Source of the DNA: Thraustochytrium aureum
Taxonomy: Eukaryota
Assembly: GCA_012862495.1 (NCBI GenBank)
Contig: BLSG01000428.1
Span: 1-64,000, forward strand
DNA length: 64,000 nucleotides
Direction: 5' to 3'
Shown here: positions 1 to 11,387 of the stretch, in pieces
Numbering within the stretch: the stretch's first letter is position 1
How the letters are laid out: every line of letters starts with the position of its first letter
Made by a program: the position numbers and the translations under genes
Notes under the pieces: model-generated
Databases searched by the model: none
The model's input: only the letters and a program-made list of their open reading frames with translations
What the model was told of the DNA's origin: nothing

Positions 1-349
1 TCGTCCCAAGATCCGAACGCTGACGAGCAGGCTGCAAGTTGGGGCTTGCGTCCATGGGATCTGGCCCTGCACACGCGATCATTGATTGCCAAACCTGGCA
101 GAACCAAGACAAGAGCGCCACCATCAATACTTTGGCGAAGCACCGAAGCCGCCTAACGCGGTGCCGCGCGCCCCTGGGGCCTCACCAGGGCGAGCACAGC
201 TCCAACTTGACCAACGGGGCCGCACATGCACATAGGCGGATTATGCTTAGGCCTTCTTGACCTAGCACTGGTTGGCCGGGCCAACCAGATCACAATTGAA
301 TTTCTCAATCAACAGAAGAAAAGAGCAAAGCAGGGATTGGGACTCACGG

Positions 350-1306
350 CTAGTGTTGTGCGACGTGGTTGCGCGCAGGCGGCGCGTCCACGCGGTCCAC
401 CCACTTGAAGAAGACCTTGAGTTGTTCGAGGGTGATGAACATAACCACCAAATATGGAGCCTGGCGCACGAATGTTGGCACAAAGCCCTTGTAGAGTGCC
501 AATGGGCCCTCGGTTCGAATTGTTTGGGCCGCGCACTGCATGGGCCCACGGTACAACCCTGGCGCACTGTTCATCATTCTCGTCTTGACGGTGTCGACCG
601 GCGTCGACGTGCAGCTCGCAACAAAGCCAGCCGAGAACCCAGCGAGAAGGTGGGTGCCAGGGGTGTCGGTCGCCCCGTGAGCGAGTAGTACTTGTTTGAG
701 CTGGTCATATGCAGCAAACTGGGAGGCGGTGACAATCATGGCGCGCAAGACGGTCGGCGAGCAGCCTTTCCAGAGCGCGAGGACGCCCTCGGAGCGGGAT
801 ATGCGGCCTAGTCCGTCAAAAACGTTCTTATAGTTGCGGCGCTGTTCAGCTGGCAATTTCCCGTCCGCCTGCATCCTCACCATGGCCACGTCGCAGGGGT
901 TGGCCACTGCCGCGCCGACCGCCCCGGCGCCGAGGCCAGCGCCAATCTTCTCCACCAGGCTAAGCTCGCGCTCGCCGGGGCGCTCGCCAAGGGCGTCCTT
1001 GATTGTGTCGTAGACACCAAAGCGCACGCTCGAGTATACGGCCTGGCGCAGCATGGATGCGGTCAGTCCGCTGAAGAGCCCGGCCACGCCCTCGCTGGCA
1101 TGGATCCCTCGGGCCATTTCTATGGGGCCGACAGGCCTCGACCCGGCTCCAGCCGCCGCCTCCCCCTGCAGCTGCAGCCGCACCTTGATCAAGTCGAGCG
1201 GGTGACTCGCGGAGGCCCCTGCCATCGCCGCCACTCCGCCCTGTACAAACTTGCGGTACATGGGCGGGCTGGGCGCAGAGCCGCCGAGGCCGGCGTTCGA
1301 CGCCAT
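350..1306 (-). CDS. Mitochondrial carrier (SLC25), dicarboxylate carrier/UCP-like
   Basis: Three carrier signature motifs PLDLIKVRLQ, PCDVAMVRMQAD, PVDTVKTRMMN, plus RRNYKNVFDGL. About 318 aa from ATG 1306 (MASNAG), no introns. Confidence 0.93.
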   Translation of the reverse strand: MASNAGLGGSAPSPPMYRKFVQGGVAAMAGASASHPLDLIKVRLQLQGEAAAGAGSRPVGPIEMARGIHASEGVAGLFSGLTASMLRQAVYSSVRFGVYDTIKDALGERPGERELSLVEKIGAGLGAGAVGAAVANPCDVAMVRMQADGKLPAEQRRNYKNVFDGLGRISRSEGVLALWKGCSPTVLRAMIVTASQFAAYDQLKQVLLAHGATDTPGTHLLAGFSAGFVASCTSTPVDTVKTRMMNSAPGLYRGPMQCAAQTIRTEGPLALYKGFVPTFVRQAPYLVVMFITLEQLKVFFKWVDRVDAPPARNHVAQH

Positions 1307-1376
1307 CCTCACGACCGAGTATATACCGCGGCGCCGCCGAGGCCACCGCCACCGAGCCGCTCCCGCAGCAGCGACT

Positions 1377-1482
1377 GCGCGAGTGCCAAAGCGCGACTGC
1401 CAAAGCGCGACTGCCAAAGCGCGACTGCCGATTGCGCGACTGCCGATGCGCGACAGCCGATGCACGACCGCCGATGCGCGCG
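1377..1482. repeat. About 14-bp tandem minisatellite (GCGCGACTGCCRAW), roughly 7 degenerate copies, upstream of the carrier gene
   Basis: Repeated gcgcgactgccaaa / gcgcgactgccgat units seen directly. Confidence 0.85.
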
Positions 1483-2448
1483 AAAGCAAAAGTGGGCGAC
1501 GGCGGCTGCGTGCGAGTGATGAAGCGGTCGATCGGTCGATCGCCGATCGATCAACTGACTGCGGTGTGGAGTCTTTCTGGCTCTGTAGAACTACCGGTAC
1601 TACTTGCGTGGAGTCGTGCGTGGTCCCGTGGACGTCACAACCCAAACGTCACCAATCGGCTCGCTCGCGCGCGCACACCCCGCTCCTGGTGCGCTCGCGT
1701 TCCTCGCAAGCGCGCTAGCAGTGCGCCCGTGTTCCCCTGCCTGCGGGGGCGGATCGGGGTGCGAACTGGGGCGGCTCCCCGGGTCTCGACGCGTAGTGGG
1801 ACGCGAGACGGCCTGACCTGGGCGGGTGCCCGCGTCACGGTATACTTGCTCAAGAGCGTGACGCAAAAAGGCAGCGCCCTTTGGAGAGTTTGATTCTTGA
1901 CATGGAAAGAAATGGCGAGCTCCAGCGGCTCGCTCGCAAGCTGGCCTCTCGCGACTGCGGAAACGAGCTGGAGTCATCAGCGGCCGCTCGCGGAGACGAA
2001 CTTGAACTCGTGGAACTCGCGCGTTCCTGCTGCAGCCAAGCGGCTCCCGGCTGGGACGCAACGCCAGCAAGGAGGCTCGTGCCCGCTTGGAGATTTTCAA
2101 GGACGCCCTTGCATCACGGGCTGGCTGCCTGCATTCACGATCAGGCGGCGGGTGACTTGCTCGATCGATCGCCGTCAAGCGCGAGGGCCTTCCTTCTGGT
2201 TGCCAGCCCCTTTCGATTGCCCGCCAGCAGCTCTTGATGTTTCGTGGGCATTGTCGACTCGGGCCAAGTCGCCTTGACGATCCGTGCGCAGCTCGCCTTG
2301 ACGATCGATCGATGCATGGATGCACGGACAACCAACCAATGAGCTCTGGGCCAATCGGAGGGCGGCCACTGGCATTTGCCACCCGCCAGGGTGCAGCCGG
2401 CCGAGCAAATCGGGCGGATCTCCCTCCGTGCAGCACCCGTCGGAATCG

Positions 2449-2797
2449 AAAGCAACATCGTATTTGGGATGCTCCTTGTGCACCACAGATTCAGGTGGCA
2501 GGGGCTTCTCTTGAGGCACCGGATTGCACTCGTGATGGTCTCCACAAATATTTGAAACGCCAGGTGGCGTTTGGAAAACCAAATCTTTTCTCAAGGGAAA
2601 ACCAAAAGTAGGAATTTCTTTTGAAACAAAATCATCAAAAATCGTCAAAATTCAAAGCAAAAATCATCAAAAATCAGAACAAAAATCGTCAAAAATCGTC
2701 AAAGTTATCAAAGTGCCTAAGGAGGCAGCTGAACTCCTATACTTTCTCGTAGATAACCCGCTAACACCATGGAGCATCAAAATGCATTCGTTGCTTT
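2449..2797. mobile_element. AT-rich island with imperfect terminal inverted repeats and internal AAAATCRTC repeats (possible degenerate MITE)
   Basis: Left end aaagcaacatcgtatttgggatgctcc resembles the reverse complement of the right end, aaagcaacgaatgcattttgatgctcc. Internal A-tract repeats at 2627-2712. No TSD identified. Confidence 0.4.
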
Positions 2798-4144
2798 TTT
2801 TTTGACGTGAAATTCGTTCGTTCTCAACTGCACAAATGCTCGCACGCACGCACAGGTGCGACTTGGCAATACTGGAACGCAGCGTCCCGATTCTTTTCGT
2901 TGGCCCGTTCGGACCACTTGAAGGCTGTCTGTCTGTCTGTCCTTGCCGATCTCTCCAACGAGGAGAGCGGCGCACTTCCGCCATGCTGCAAGTCGGAAGA
3001 GCGACAGAAGGAACGGTAACTCGTGAACGGACAAGCGAAGATTCGCGCCCATGAGCAGTCGATCGACACGGCTCAGCCCGTGACACCAAGAGACACCAAG
3101 GGAATGCTGTTCAACGGCTGTCGCGGTCGGAGATCTCCCACCCCGTTCGTTGCAGAGCACGCCTTTTCAGCGGTTTCACACGCCCGACCGAAGTCGGACC
3201 CGCCTTGCGCGGAGGACCAACGACCCTGGCGAGCAAGAAGAGGGAGGGGAAGAAGACCGTGCCGCGTTGTCCGGCCCCGGGCCGCGTCGAGAGCTGTTAT
3301 AGTGTCCGTGTCGCCAGTTGAAGTGTGGGGGCCACCAACGCTTCTTGAAGCTCAGCACGGGCGAGGAAGGAGGGAAAGAAAGTCGGTGCGCCAGTGTGAA
3401 ATTTGCGGCGGACAGGAGGCTCCCAGTGGGACAGATCTCCCGTCGAGCAGGCGCGTTTTCGCTGTTTGCAGCGCTCCGAACCGAAAGTGCAGGCTCGTTT
3501 CTTGAGGGACAAGGCCAACAAGCAGCGAAACTTGTTCTGGAGCTCGACCGTCGGCGCTGGCGCGCGCAACCGCGTGTCCTGTTGGTCTGCTCAGGCTGGT
3601 GTACCTACACGCAAGCTCCACTGCTCTATTCGGCCAGTGCTGTTGGACGTGAATTTGGTGCATGCCTCTGAGCGCCTGAACGCCGATGCGAAGACCACCG
3701 TCTATTGGCGTTTCCTTTCTCGGCGTTCGATGCACGGCTTCGCCTCCCCGACGGGGCATACGGATTGCCGTAGTCCGTGCGCTAAGCCACCCGCTCTGCG
3801 ACGCGAGGGAGGGTGCGACACGAAGGAGGGCGACAAGTAGAGCAGGTGGAAGGTGCCATTGCATGCGCGGCGGCTCTAGCGCGTTGTCGGGCGGCAGCGC
3901 TAGTCGGGGATCTCGTCGCAACGGCAGCGCCTCGAACAACCCGTTGCCTGGCCTTTCTTGATTGATCTTGAAACAAGCAGCGGCAACTTTGCCAGGAGGC
4001 GTTGGGTTTGGCATCCAACGAACACGCACGGCCCGGTCGATTTGCGCCGCAGTAACGCCGGAGCGCTCGCGCGCTGCCTTCCCCCTCCGTCCCTTCGTTG
4101 CAGACTTTGCAGCGGCGGCTACTTACTCGCAAGCGCCATCCCCA

Positions 4145-4184
4145 AGCCAGCCAGCCAGCCAGCCAGCCAGCGAGCCAGCCAGCA
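4145..4184. repeat. (GCCA)n microsatellite
   Basis: agccagccagcc... seen directly. Similar tetranucleotide repeats occur near 10300 (GCAC) and 56245. Confidence 0.85.
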
Positions 4185-4901
4185 ACCAATCGTGCGAGCG
4201 CGCATGCGTGCGTGCCTGCGAGGCTAGCCAGCGACGAGCGAAGCCTCTCGCCGTGTCAGACGAGCCGGGGGGTTCGGAGTCTTTGGACATCGACCGGTGC
4301 CACCTCCCTCCTCGAGCGTTGGGCGCGCCCGAGGGAGGCTCTCCACCGAGGCCGCTCGATTCCGCCGTGGCGCACCCACTCGCACGCCAGCGAAGCAGAG
4401 TAACTCCAAGCCAGCAACCGGGCGCCGTGAGGGCTTACCCGCGCCCCTCTCAGGCGCAGGAGGGGGCTCTCAGGCGCAGGAGGGGCGTGAGGCCAGATGC
4501 GGAATAATCGGTGAGAGGCGCCTGCAGGGCCATGAGGACGCCTCACGCCCGCCAGAGGGGCGCTCGGCAGGAAGGAAAGAGGGTGGAGGGCGCTCTGGCG
4601 GTCGCTCTTCGCCCGCGCGGACGAAGCATTTCTGCAACGCAAGGGCGACCGGCCGCGAAAGTGAGACTCGAGCCAACCAACTCTCGGGCAGCAAGCAAAC
4701 CGCGAGCGAGCAGGGGCCGCCGTACCACGCGCTGTTGCTGGGTGGAAAGCGCGTCGAAAGCGAGCGCCCGCGACGACCGCCTGCACTGGGACCTCGGCCG
4801 TGGCGAAACAAGCACTCCCGTTCGAGAGTTGCCAGACAGACCCCTGTCGCCCAGGGCACCGCGAGATCGACCGCAAGAGCGGTCGGCTGCGGGCAGGCGC
4901 C

Positions 4902-6564
4902 ATGCCGGCTGCCACGATCGCGTCGATTTTCGACAGCCTCCAAGCCGACGAGTCCTCGGAGGCCATGCAGCAGCAGCTGCAACAGCAGCCGCGGATGGTG
5001 CCGCGACGCAGCGGCGCCAACACGTCGCAGCTCGAGATCATGACCCCGATCTGGGAGGACGTCCCCGAGAACAGCGACATCCTGCACGTGAAGGAGAAGC
5101 GCCCCTTCGGCGCGACACGGGGCAACACCAGTGTCCCCCCAAGCGCCAGAGCTGATCGTGCGCCTGCCTGGCAGTGCGCCGGGCGCGGACCTCGACGATC
5201 TTGGCGTCGAAGCCCTGTTGTGGGACTTTGGCTCCGCGCCGCAGGGCAAGTTCAGCGCGGCTTCGCGGAAAACCCAGGGGCCGATTGACCCAGACAGCGG
5301 CGAGCACTTTGACAAGCTTCGGAAGGGGCTCGCGATCGAGTGCAAGCACGATGTCGCCTCGTTTGGGCCGCCGCAAGACGACGGGTACAGGTACGCGACG
5401 CTCAAGTGCGCGATCACGCGCGCCGCGCGCATCCACTGCAAACGAAACCACATCGCGCTGCGTCTGCGTGTCGTCCGCACAGAGCAGTACGAAGACGAGC
5501 TCGTCGCTCGCGAGCCCGTGGAGGGCGTGCGCGCGGTCAAGACGCGGCGAATCTCCGTCTCCGAAAAGGCCATGTGCCCGCGGGCCTGCGACGTGCAAAA
5601 GAAGTTCAAGACATACATGCAAAACACCCGCCCCGTCGCGTCCAGCATGGTGCAGTCGCTTCAGCAGCGCCTGCAACACTCGGGTGTGCCAGGCCTCGCC
5701 GCGCAAAACAACCCCGCCTCGCAAGAGTACCACGGCGGTTTCCAGCAAACAGGTCCCACGCCACGGCGCGACTCGTTTGCGGCCGCCATCCAGGCTGCGG
5801 GGTTCCAGGCCCCGACTCCGCCCTACTTGCCCTTCGCAAACCACAGCCTGGCGTTTCAGTCCAACCTGGTTCACAATCAAGACTCTTACGGCGGGCGCAG
5901 CGACCAGTCCACAAACACGTCCAGCGGGCATGGAGCGACGTTCTTCGGCGGGTCGAAGAAGCGCTCCTTCGATGACGTTTACGGGCTCGGCTCGTCCCTG
6001 AGCCCCTGCTTGACCCCGCTGATGCTGCCGCANNNNNNNNNNNNNNNNNNNNNNNNNNNNNNNNNNNNNNNNNNNNNNNNNNNNNNNNNNNNNNNNNNNN
6101 NNNNNNNNNNNNNNNNNNNNNNNNNNNNNNNNNNNNNNNNNNNNNNNNNNNNNNNNNNNNNNNNNNNNNNNNNNNNNNNNNNNNNNNNNNNNNNNNNNNN
6201 NNNNNNNNNNNNNNNNNNCAAGGCGCTCAAGACGATGCCGCAGCTCACCCTCGCGCCCCCGTCGAACGGCGGCTCAACAGCACCGTCTTCTCCAATCTTG
6301 CAACCCTTTGCAGAACTCCAGCAGCACGCGCTGATGCACCCGCAGCTGCCATCTCGGATGGTGGCGCGAACTGCCAGCTCGTCAAGCAGCTCGTCGATGC
6401 CTCAGCACAGCGCCGCGCAGGAGAGGCATGTCGGCCATATCAACAAGCGGATGGCCAGCACTTTTCAGCCATCTTCAGGCTACAATCAGTTCCTGTACTT
6501 CAACTCTGTGCTCAAGCCGTTCTCTTCGGGCACCTATGCGTCAGGTCCTGGGATCGAGCGCTGA
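4902..6564 (+). CDS. Hypothetical protein, possible transcription factor (globular beta-rich domain plus Q/S/P-rich tail); frameshift near 5135, gap 6033-6218
   Basis: MPAATIASIFD... continues after a C6 run into QAPELIVRLPG...TRRISVSEK. Coding-like codon usage and a low-complexity C-terminus. Confidence 0.65.
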
Positions 6565-6986
6565 TCCTTCTCGCGTGCCATCTGTTCGTTGTCCTCTGCT
6601 CTCGGCGCCCTGTTCTGTTCCTTTCCCCCCATCACCCGGCATTACCTACCTGGAATCTGGCTTCTTCTGACCAACTCTTCTGTCTCTCCGTACTCAACGT
6701 TAGTAAACAACCCTTGTCTCCGCAACCATCAACTCGTCCAGCTCGTCTCATCGGGGCAGATCGAAGCTGTCGATGGCCTTTGATGAATGAATGCCAGAAC
6801 ACTTGCGCGACAAAAAAACGCAACTATCCGCGAGCAAAAGTGATGGTCATCTGACTGCAGCAGCGGCTGCGGTTAGTTACTACTTTCGAGCTCTACTAGC
6901 CTAGCTAGCGCCACATGGCGAAAGACGCAAGTCTGTTTCATTGCTATTGCGGGTTCGGACCGCTTTGTTGGCTTCGAAGCTCGGCG

Positions 6987-7459
6987 AGCGACTCCTTCTG
7001 AGTTTGGCTGACGTGATGCTCGTCAGTGTCAAACGCAGCGGCTTTCACGAGGGCAGCGCTCTAGGGAGCGGCAGGGCTGAACGGCTTTTTCGATGCGGTC
7101 GGGCACGTGCAATAGCCGCATACATTCAGGAAGCCGTTCCGGGTGTACGAAGAGCACTTGTACTGAGACCCGTTCGGAGTGCTCTGCCTGCAGCAGTCGT
7201 CCCTCGTCTTCAAAAAGCACATCCCAAAAGTGTGCAGTCCGGCAAGTTCGACTCGGCTGCGGTCAGCGACTCCTTCTGAGTTTGGCTGACGTGAAGCTCG
7301 TCAGTGTCAAACGCAGCGGTTTCCACAAGCGCAGCAGTCTGGGCAGCGGCAGAGCTGTACGGCTTGCGCGATGCGGTTGGGCACGTGCAATAGCCGCATA
7401 CATTCAGGAAGCCGTTCCGGGAGTACGACGAGCAGCTGAACTGCGCCCCGTTCGGAGTG
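6987..7459 (-). repeat. Tandem 278-bp duplication encoding Cys-rich peptide modules (gene fragment or pseudogene)
   Basis: Copies at 6987-7181 and 7265-7459. On the minus frame many differences are synonymous or conservative (TPNG(A/S)Q(F/Y)xCSSY(S/T)RNGFLNVCGYCTCP). Confidence 0.8.
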
Positions 7460-7656
7460 AGCATCCACTCGAGCCATTTTCCTCTCAAGCGAGTAGCTTT
7501 TCTTTCATTAAAGGTCGCACCTCCCGTGTTTTAGCGTCGCGTAGAGTAACAACCCCATCCAAATGGAGTAAGTACCGTCAAATTGAAGTTGATTGAGCAT
7601 TTCAGGACGAAGAGTTGGTGAAACAACGGTGCACGCCATTTGTTTAGTGTGGCAAT

Positions 7657-8956
7657 TCAGGCGCCGTGCTGGTCGACGTTGTGGTCCTGCTGGTCGTGCT
7701 GCTGCATCATCGGCTGGTAGTAGTTGGCGCTCTCCTGTTGTTCGGCGCCGTGCATCTGCTGGTGCTCCTGCGCGTCTTGATCCGACTGCTGCTGAGCGGC
7801 CGGCGGCATGGACCCATACGGAGGGAACTGGTACCCGTTCTGCTGGAACGCACCCCCAGGGTTGCCACCCAAGGGCGTGGCAAGGTGGTCGGCGCCCATC
7901 TCCCCCCCGTCGCCCGCGCCGCCCGCCATCAGCCGCCGGCGCTTGAGCTTTTCGGCACGCGCCATCTCGATGGCCTCGATCTGCCGCTTGAGCCGCGCGA
8001 GCGCCTCTTCGTCCCGCATGATAGCTACGTCGATGTCGGGCTCGGAGGCCATCAGGTCCGACGTCGCGTGGATCGGGCAAAAATCTTCCCCGGGAGTGGC
8101 GTAGCGATCGCACTGCGGGTCCGCGCACTTGATGACGGAATCGGACGCGCCCGAGTGCTGGAGGCAGAGGCCTGCGATTTTCTCGTACCGCGTGCAGCCG
8201 CGCTCGCGGCAGCGGCGGCCTCCGCCGTGCGCCTTGCACGTCCCGCCAAACTTGGCAAACTTGGAGCAGTTGGGCTCCTTGCACTTTTTGCGGCCCCCGT
8301 GCGCGCCGCAGAGCCCCCCGGAGCGAGCCAGCGAGGTGCAGTCCGGCTCGGAGCACTTGATGCCGCCGCCGTGCCCGACGCAAAAGTCGGTGGGGATGGC
8401 GCNNNNNNNNNNNNNNNNNNNNNNNNNNNNNNNNNNNNNNNNNNNNNNNNNNNNNNNNNNNNNNNNNNNNNNNNNNNNNNNNNNNNNNNNNNNNNNNNNN
8501 NNNNNNNNNNNNNNNNNNNNNNNNNNNNNNNNNNNNNNNNNNNNNNNNNNNNNNNNNNNNNNNNNNNNNNNNNNNNNNNNNNNNNNNNNNNNNNNNNNNN
8601 NNNNNNNNNNNNNNNNNNNNNNNNNNNNNNNNNNNNNNNNNNNNNNNNNNNNNNNNNNNNNNNNNNNNNNNNNNNNNNNNNNNNNNNNNNNNNNNNNNNN
8701 NNNNNNNNNNNNNNNNNNNNNNNNNNNNNNNNNNNNNNNNNNNNNNNNNNNNNNNNNNNNNNNNNNNNNNNNNNNNNNNNNNNNNNNNNNNNNNNNNNNN
8801 NNNNNNNNNNNNNNNNNNNNNNNNNNNNNNNNNNNNNNNNNNNNNNNNNNGGCCCTTGCGAGGCCTTCTGGCACCCTTCAACTTGCACATGCGCCCAGTC
8901 TTGGGCACGACGTCGGACGCGACGGCCTCCACCCCATTAAAATCCTGGTGCTCCAT
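7657..8956 (-). CDS. CxxHGG / WRKY19-like zinc-finger repeat protein (gap inside, frameshift near 8885)
   Basis: Repeats FCVGHGGGIKCSEPDC, LCGAHGGRKKCKEPNC, TCKAHGGGRRCRERGC. Q-rich C-terminus; start MEHQDF at 8956. Confidence 0.85.
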
Positions 8957-11387
8957 CTCCCGGCAGTCACGCTCGCGTCCGCAGCGCGCCCGACCCACAG
9001 CCAACCGCCGCACCAGCGCCCAGCCAAGCCCGCGACCGGCCCACTTTGACGCAGCCAACGTCCCCGCGGATGGTGAGCCTCCGACGGACGGACGAACGGG
9101 CGCGCCGGCGGGCGGGCGGGCGGGCCACGTACCACTGCACGCAGCAACGCAAGCAACGCAAGCAAGCACGGCAGCGAGAGAGGCAGAGAGCAGCTGGGTT
9201 CTCGGGCGGGCAGGCGGGCAGGTGGGCTGACGCTGGTCGCGCGCGGTCCTGTTCCGGTCGGGTCTGGTGCGGCTGCCGTGTCTGGTGCCGCTTTCCCCTC
9301 CTCCACCTCAGAGCTATTCACAACAACAAGCAAGGGCCTGCAGCCCCGCGCTCACCTTGCAGCCCTATGTAAGAGTTCGCTCCTCACTGCGGCCGCCCTC
9401 GCACCGCACAAGGCGCAGTTGCCAGCGGGGGAAGAGCGGAGACGCCGGGTCTTGTAATAGCAGTGCGATACAGGCGTATGGCAGCCGACCACGCGCGTTT
9501 GCATTGCTTTCAGCTTGAAACACACCGGGTCTGGTAATGTAGATGTTTACGGTAGCCGAACGGGCGCGGGCGATCCGGGAAAAGGTGAGGAAACCGCCGT
9601 GTCCGGAAGGTTCGCCGCGGAGCAGGATTTTCCCCCCGAATCGAACCCTTGCTCTTGGAAACGTCTGAAAACAATGCGACTATCCGGGGACAACGTAACT
9701 ATCCGTAAACAATGCCTCTCTTCCAGGAGCGCTGACCGACTACCCTAACCTACAGAACGGATTCACTCCATGCGAGCTGATCTCTGTTCGTGGAGAGTTG
9801 CGAGGGTGCACTCAAGGAGTGCGGTGTGCAGTGTGCACGGAGGGCGCGTGGCTGAAGGACCACCGGCGTTTCTTGGGGCTCTTTGCCTCGGTATCGCTTG
9901 CACCGGGTTGCCGGTGAGCGCTCGTGCACATGCCGTCGTGCCTCCCGATACACCCACGCTCACTTGCGAGAGTCACGATCGCATTGGCAAGCGGGAAAGT
10001 ACAAGTAGCACAGCGTTGGGAAAGTGCGCTCGCTGCAGTGCCGCCAGCCACGTGACAGCAAGAAGGCGCTCGCTCCTGCAAGTTGGGCCTCCGTTTGTGA
10101 AGAAGAAGACGATGGTCCTGCCTCCACGTCGCAGCAGTCCGAGTCAGCTGGCATGATGAATCATGAATCATGAACGACGAATCACACCTCACGGCGTCGC
10201 CACTTTCGGCAGCTCTTCCCTCCGAGCTCATGCACTCCTCTTGGCGATCCCCATGACTCAGAAAGAGCTCATACAGCTCACTCTCTTCTCTCACGCCGTA
10301 CGCACGCACGCACGCACGCACACACTCACTCACTCACTTCCACGCAGTCCATATCCGAGTCGTCGTGGTTCATCGCGGCACAAACCCACCCACGCACGCA
10401 CGGCAGAGGAGCTCGGTGTCGTTCCTCTTGCGTTTCACCGACCTGAGGCGGGCGTTGGCGCGGGCGATATCCCCGAGCGGGGCGCCCGGGGGCCCGAGAG
10501 GAGCGGCGCAGTGCGGGTTTCGTCGTCCGTTTGGCTGCAAAGCGATCGATCGCGCTCGTGAGTTGATTGAGTTTGGTGGTCTCTGGTCTGTTCTGATTCC
10601 GCCGCATGCGGCTTTTCTGAGTCGAGTGGGAGTCAGAGCGCATCGCGAGCGAGAGCCCACGCCGCGTTGAACGGAGGCGCCTGCGTGCATCCATCGGCGG
10701 CCGCCGCGCCTGAGGGCCGCGAATCGGGGACGCCGCGCCGGTTGCTGGCTTGCGCGGCGCGCGAGGGGCCCGGCGAGCGAGCGCAGGGTGCGTGCAAACC
10801 AAGCAGCCAAGACACGCACCCACCTAGCCACGCACTCCTTCATCCCCCCCCCCACCACCTTCTGCCAGGTCGCGCGGCGGACGGCCGCGGCTGGCGGCAC
10901 GGAGCGGGCCCCGCGAGAGCGAGGGACGCCGAGGCAGTGCTGGCCAGGTAGCGCCGAGGCGCCGCTTCCNNNNNNNNNNNNNNNNNNNNNNNNNNNNNNN
11001 NNNNNNNNNNNNNNNNNNNNNNNNNNNNNNNNNNNNNNNNNNNNNNNNNNNNNNNNNNNNNNNNNNNNNNNNNNNNNNNNNNNNNNNNNNNNNNNNNNNN
11101 NNNNNNNNNNNNNNNNNNNNNNNNNNNNNNNNNNNNNNNNNNNNNNNNNNNNNNNNNNNNNNNNNNNNNNNNNNNNNNNNNNNNNNNNNNNNNNNNNNNN
11201 NNNNNNNNNNNNNNNNNNNNNNNNNNNNNNNNNNNNNNNNNNNNNNNNNNNNNNNNNNNNNNNNNNNNNNNNNNNNNNNNNNNNNNNNNNNNNNNNNNNN
11301 NNNNNNNNNNNNNNNNNNNNNNNNNNNNNNNNNNNNNNNNNNNNNNNNNNNNNNNNNNNNNNNNNNNNNNNNNNNNNNNNNNNNNNN

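Noticed and set aside
1377..2712. Short repeats as a CRISPR array or telomere
   Set aside because: No unique spacers, no cas genes, eukaryotic context, and the units are degenerate and internal.
1881..4250. ORFs of 100-280 aa on both strands
   Set aside because: Arg/Ala/Pro-rich shadow-type translations expected in high-GC DNA, with no motifs recognised.
7061..7063. TAG aligned to Gln, suggesting stop-codon reassignment
   Set aside because: TAG terminates several intact genes in this window (e.g. 40800, 52430, 56052), so the standard code applies.
9400..10960. Possible gene or ncRNA between the zinc-finger and GRK genes
   Set aside because: Only microsatellites and short ORFs; no tRNA, rRNA or snRNA hallmark seen.
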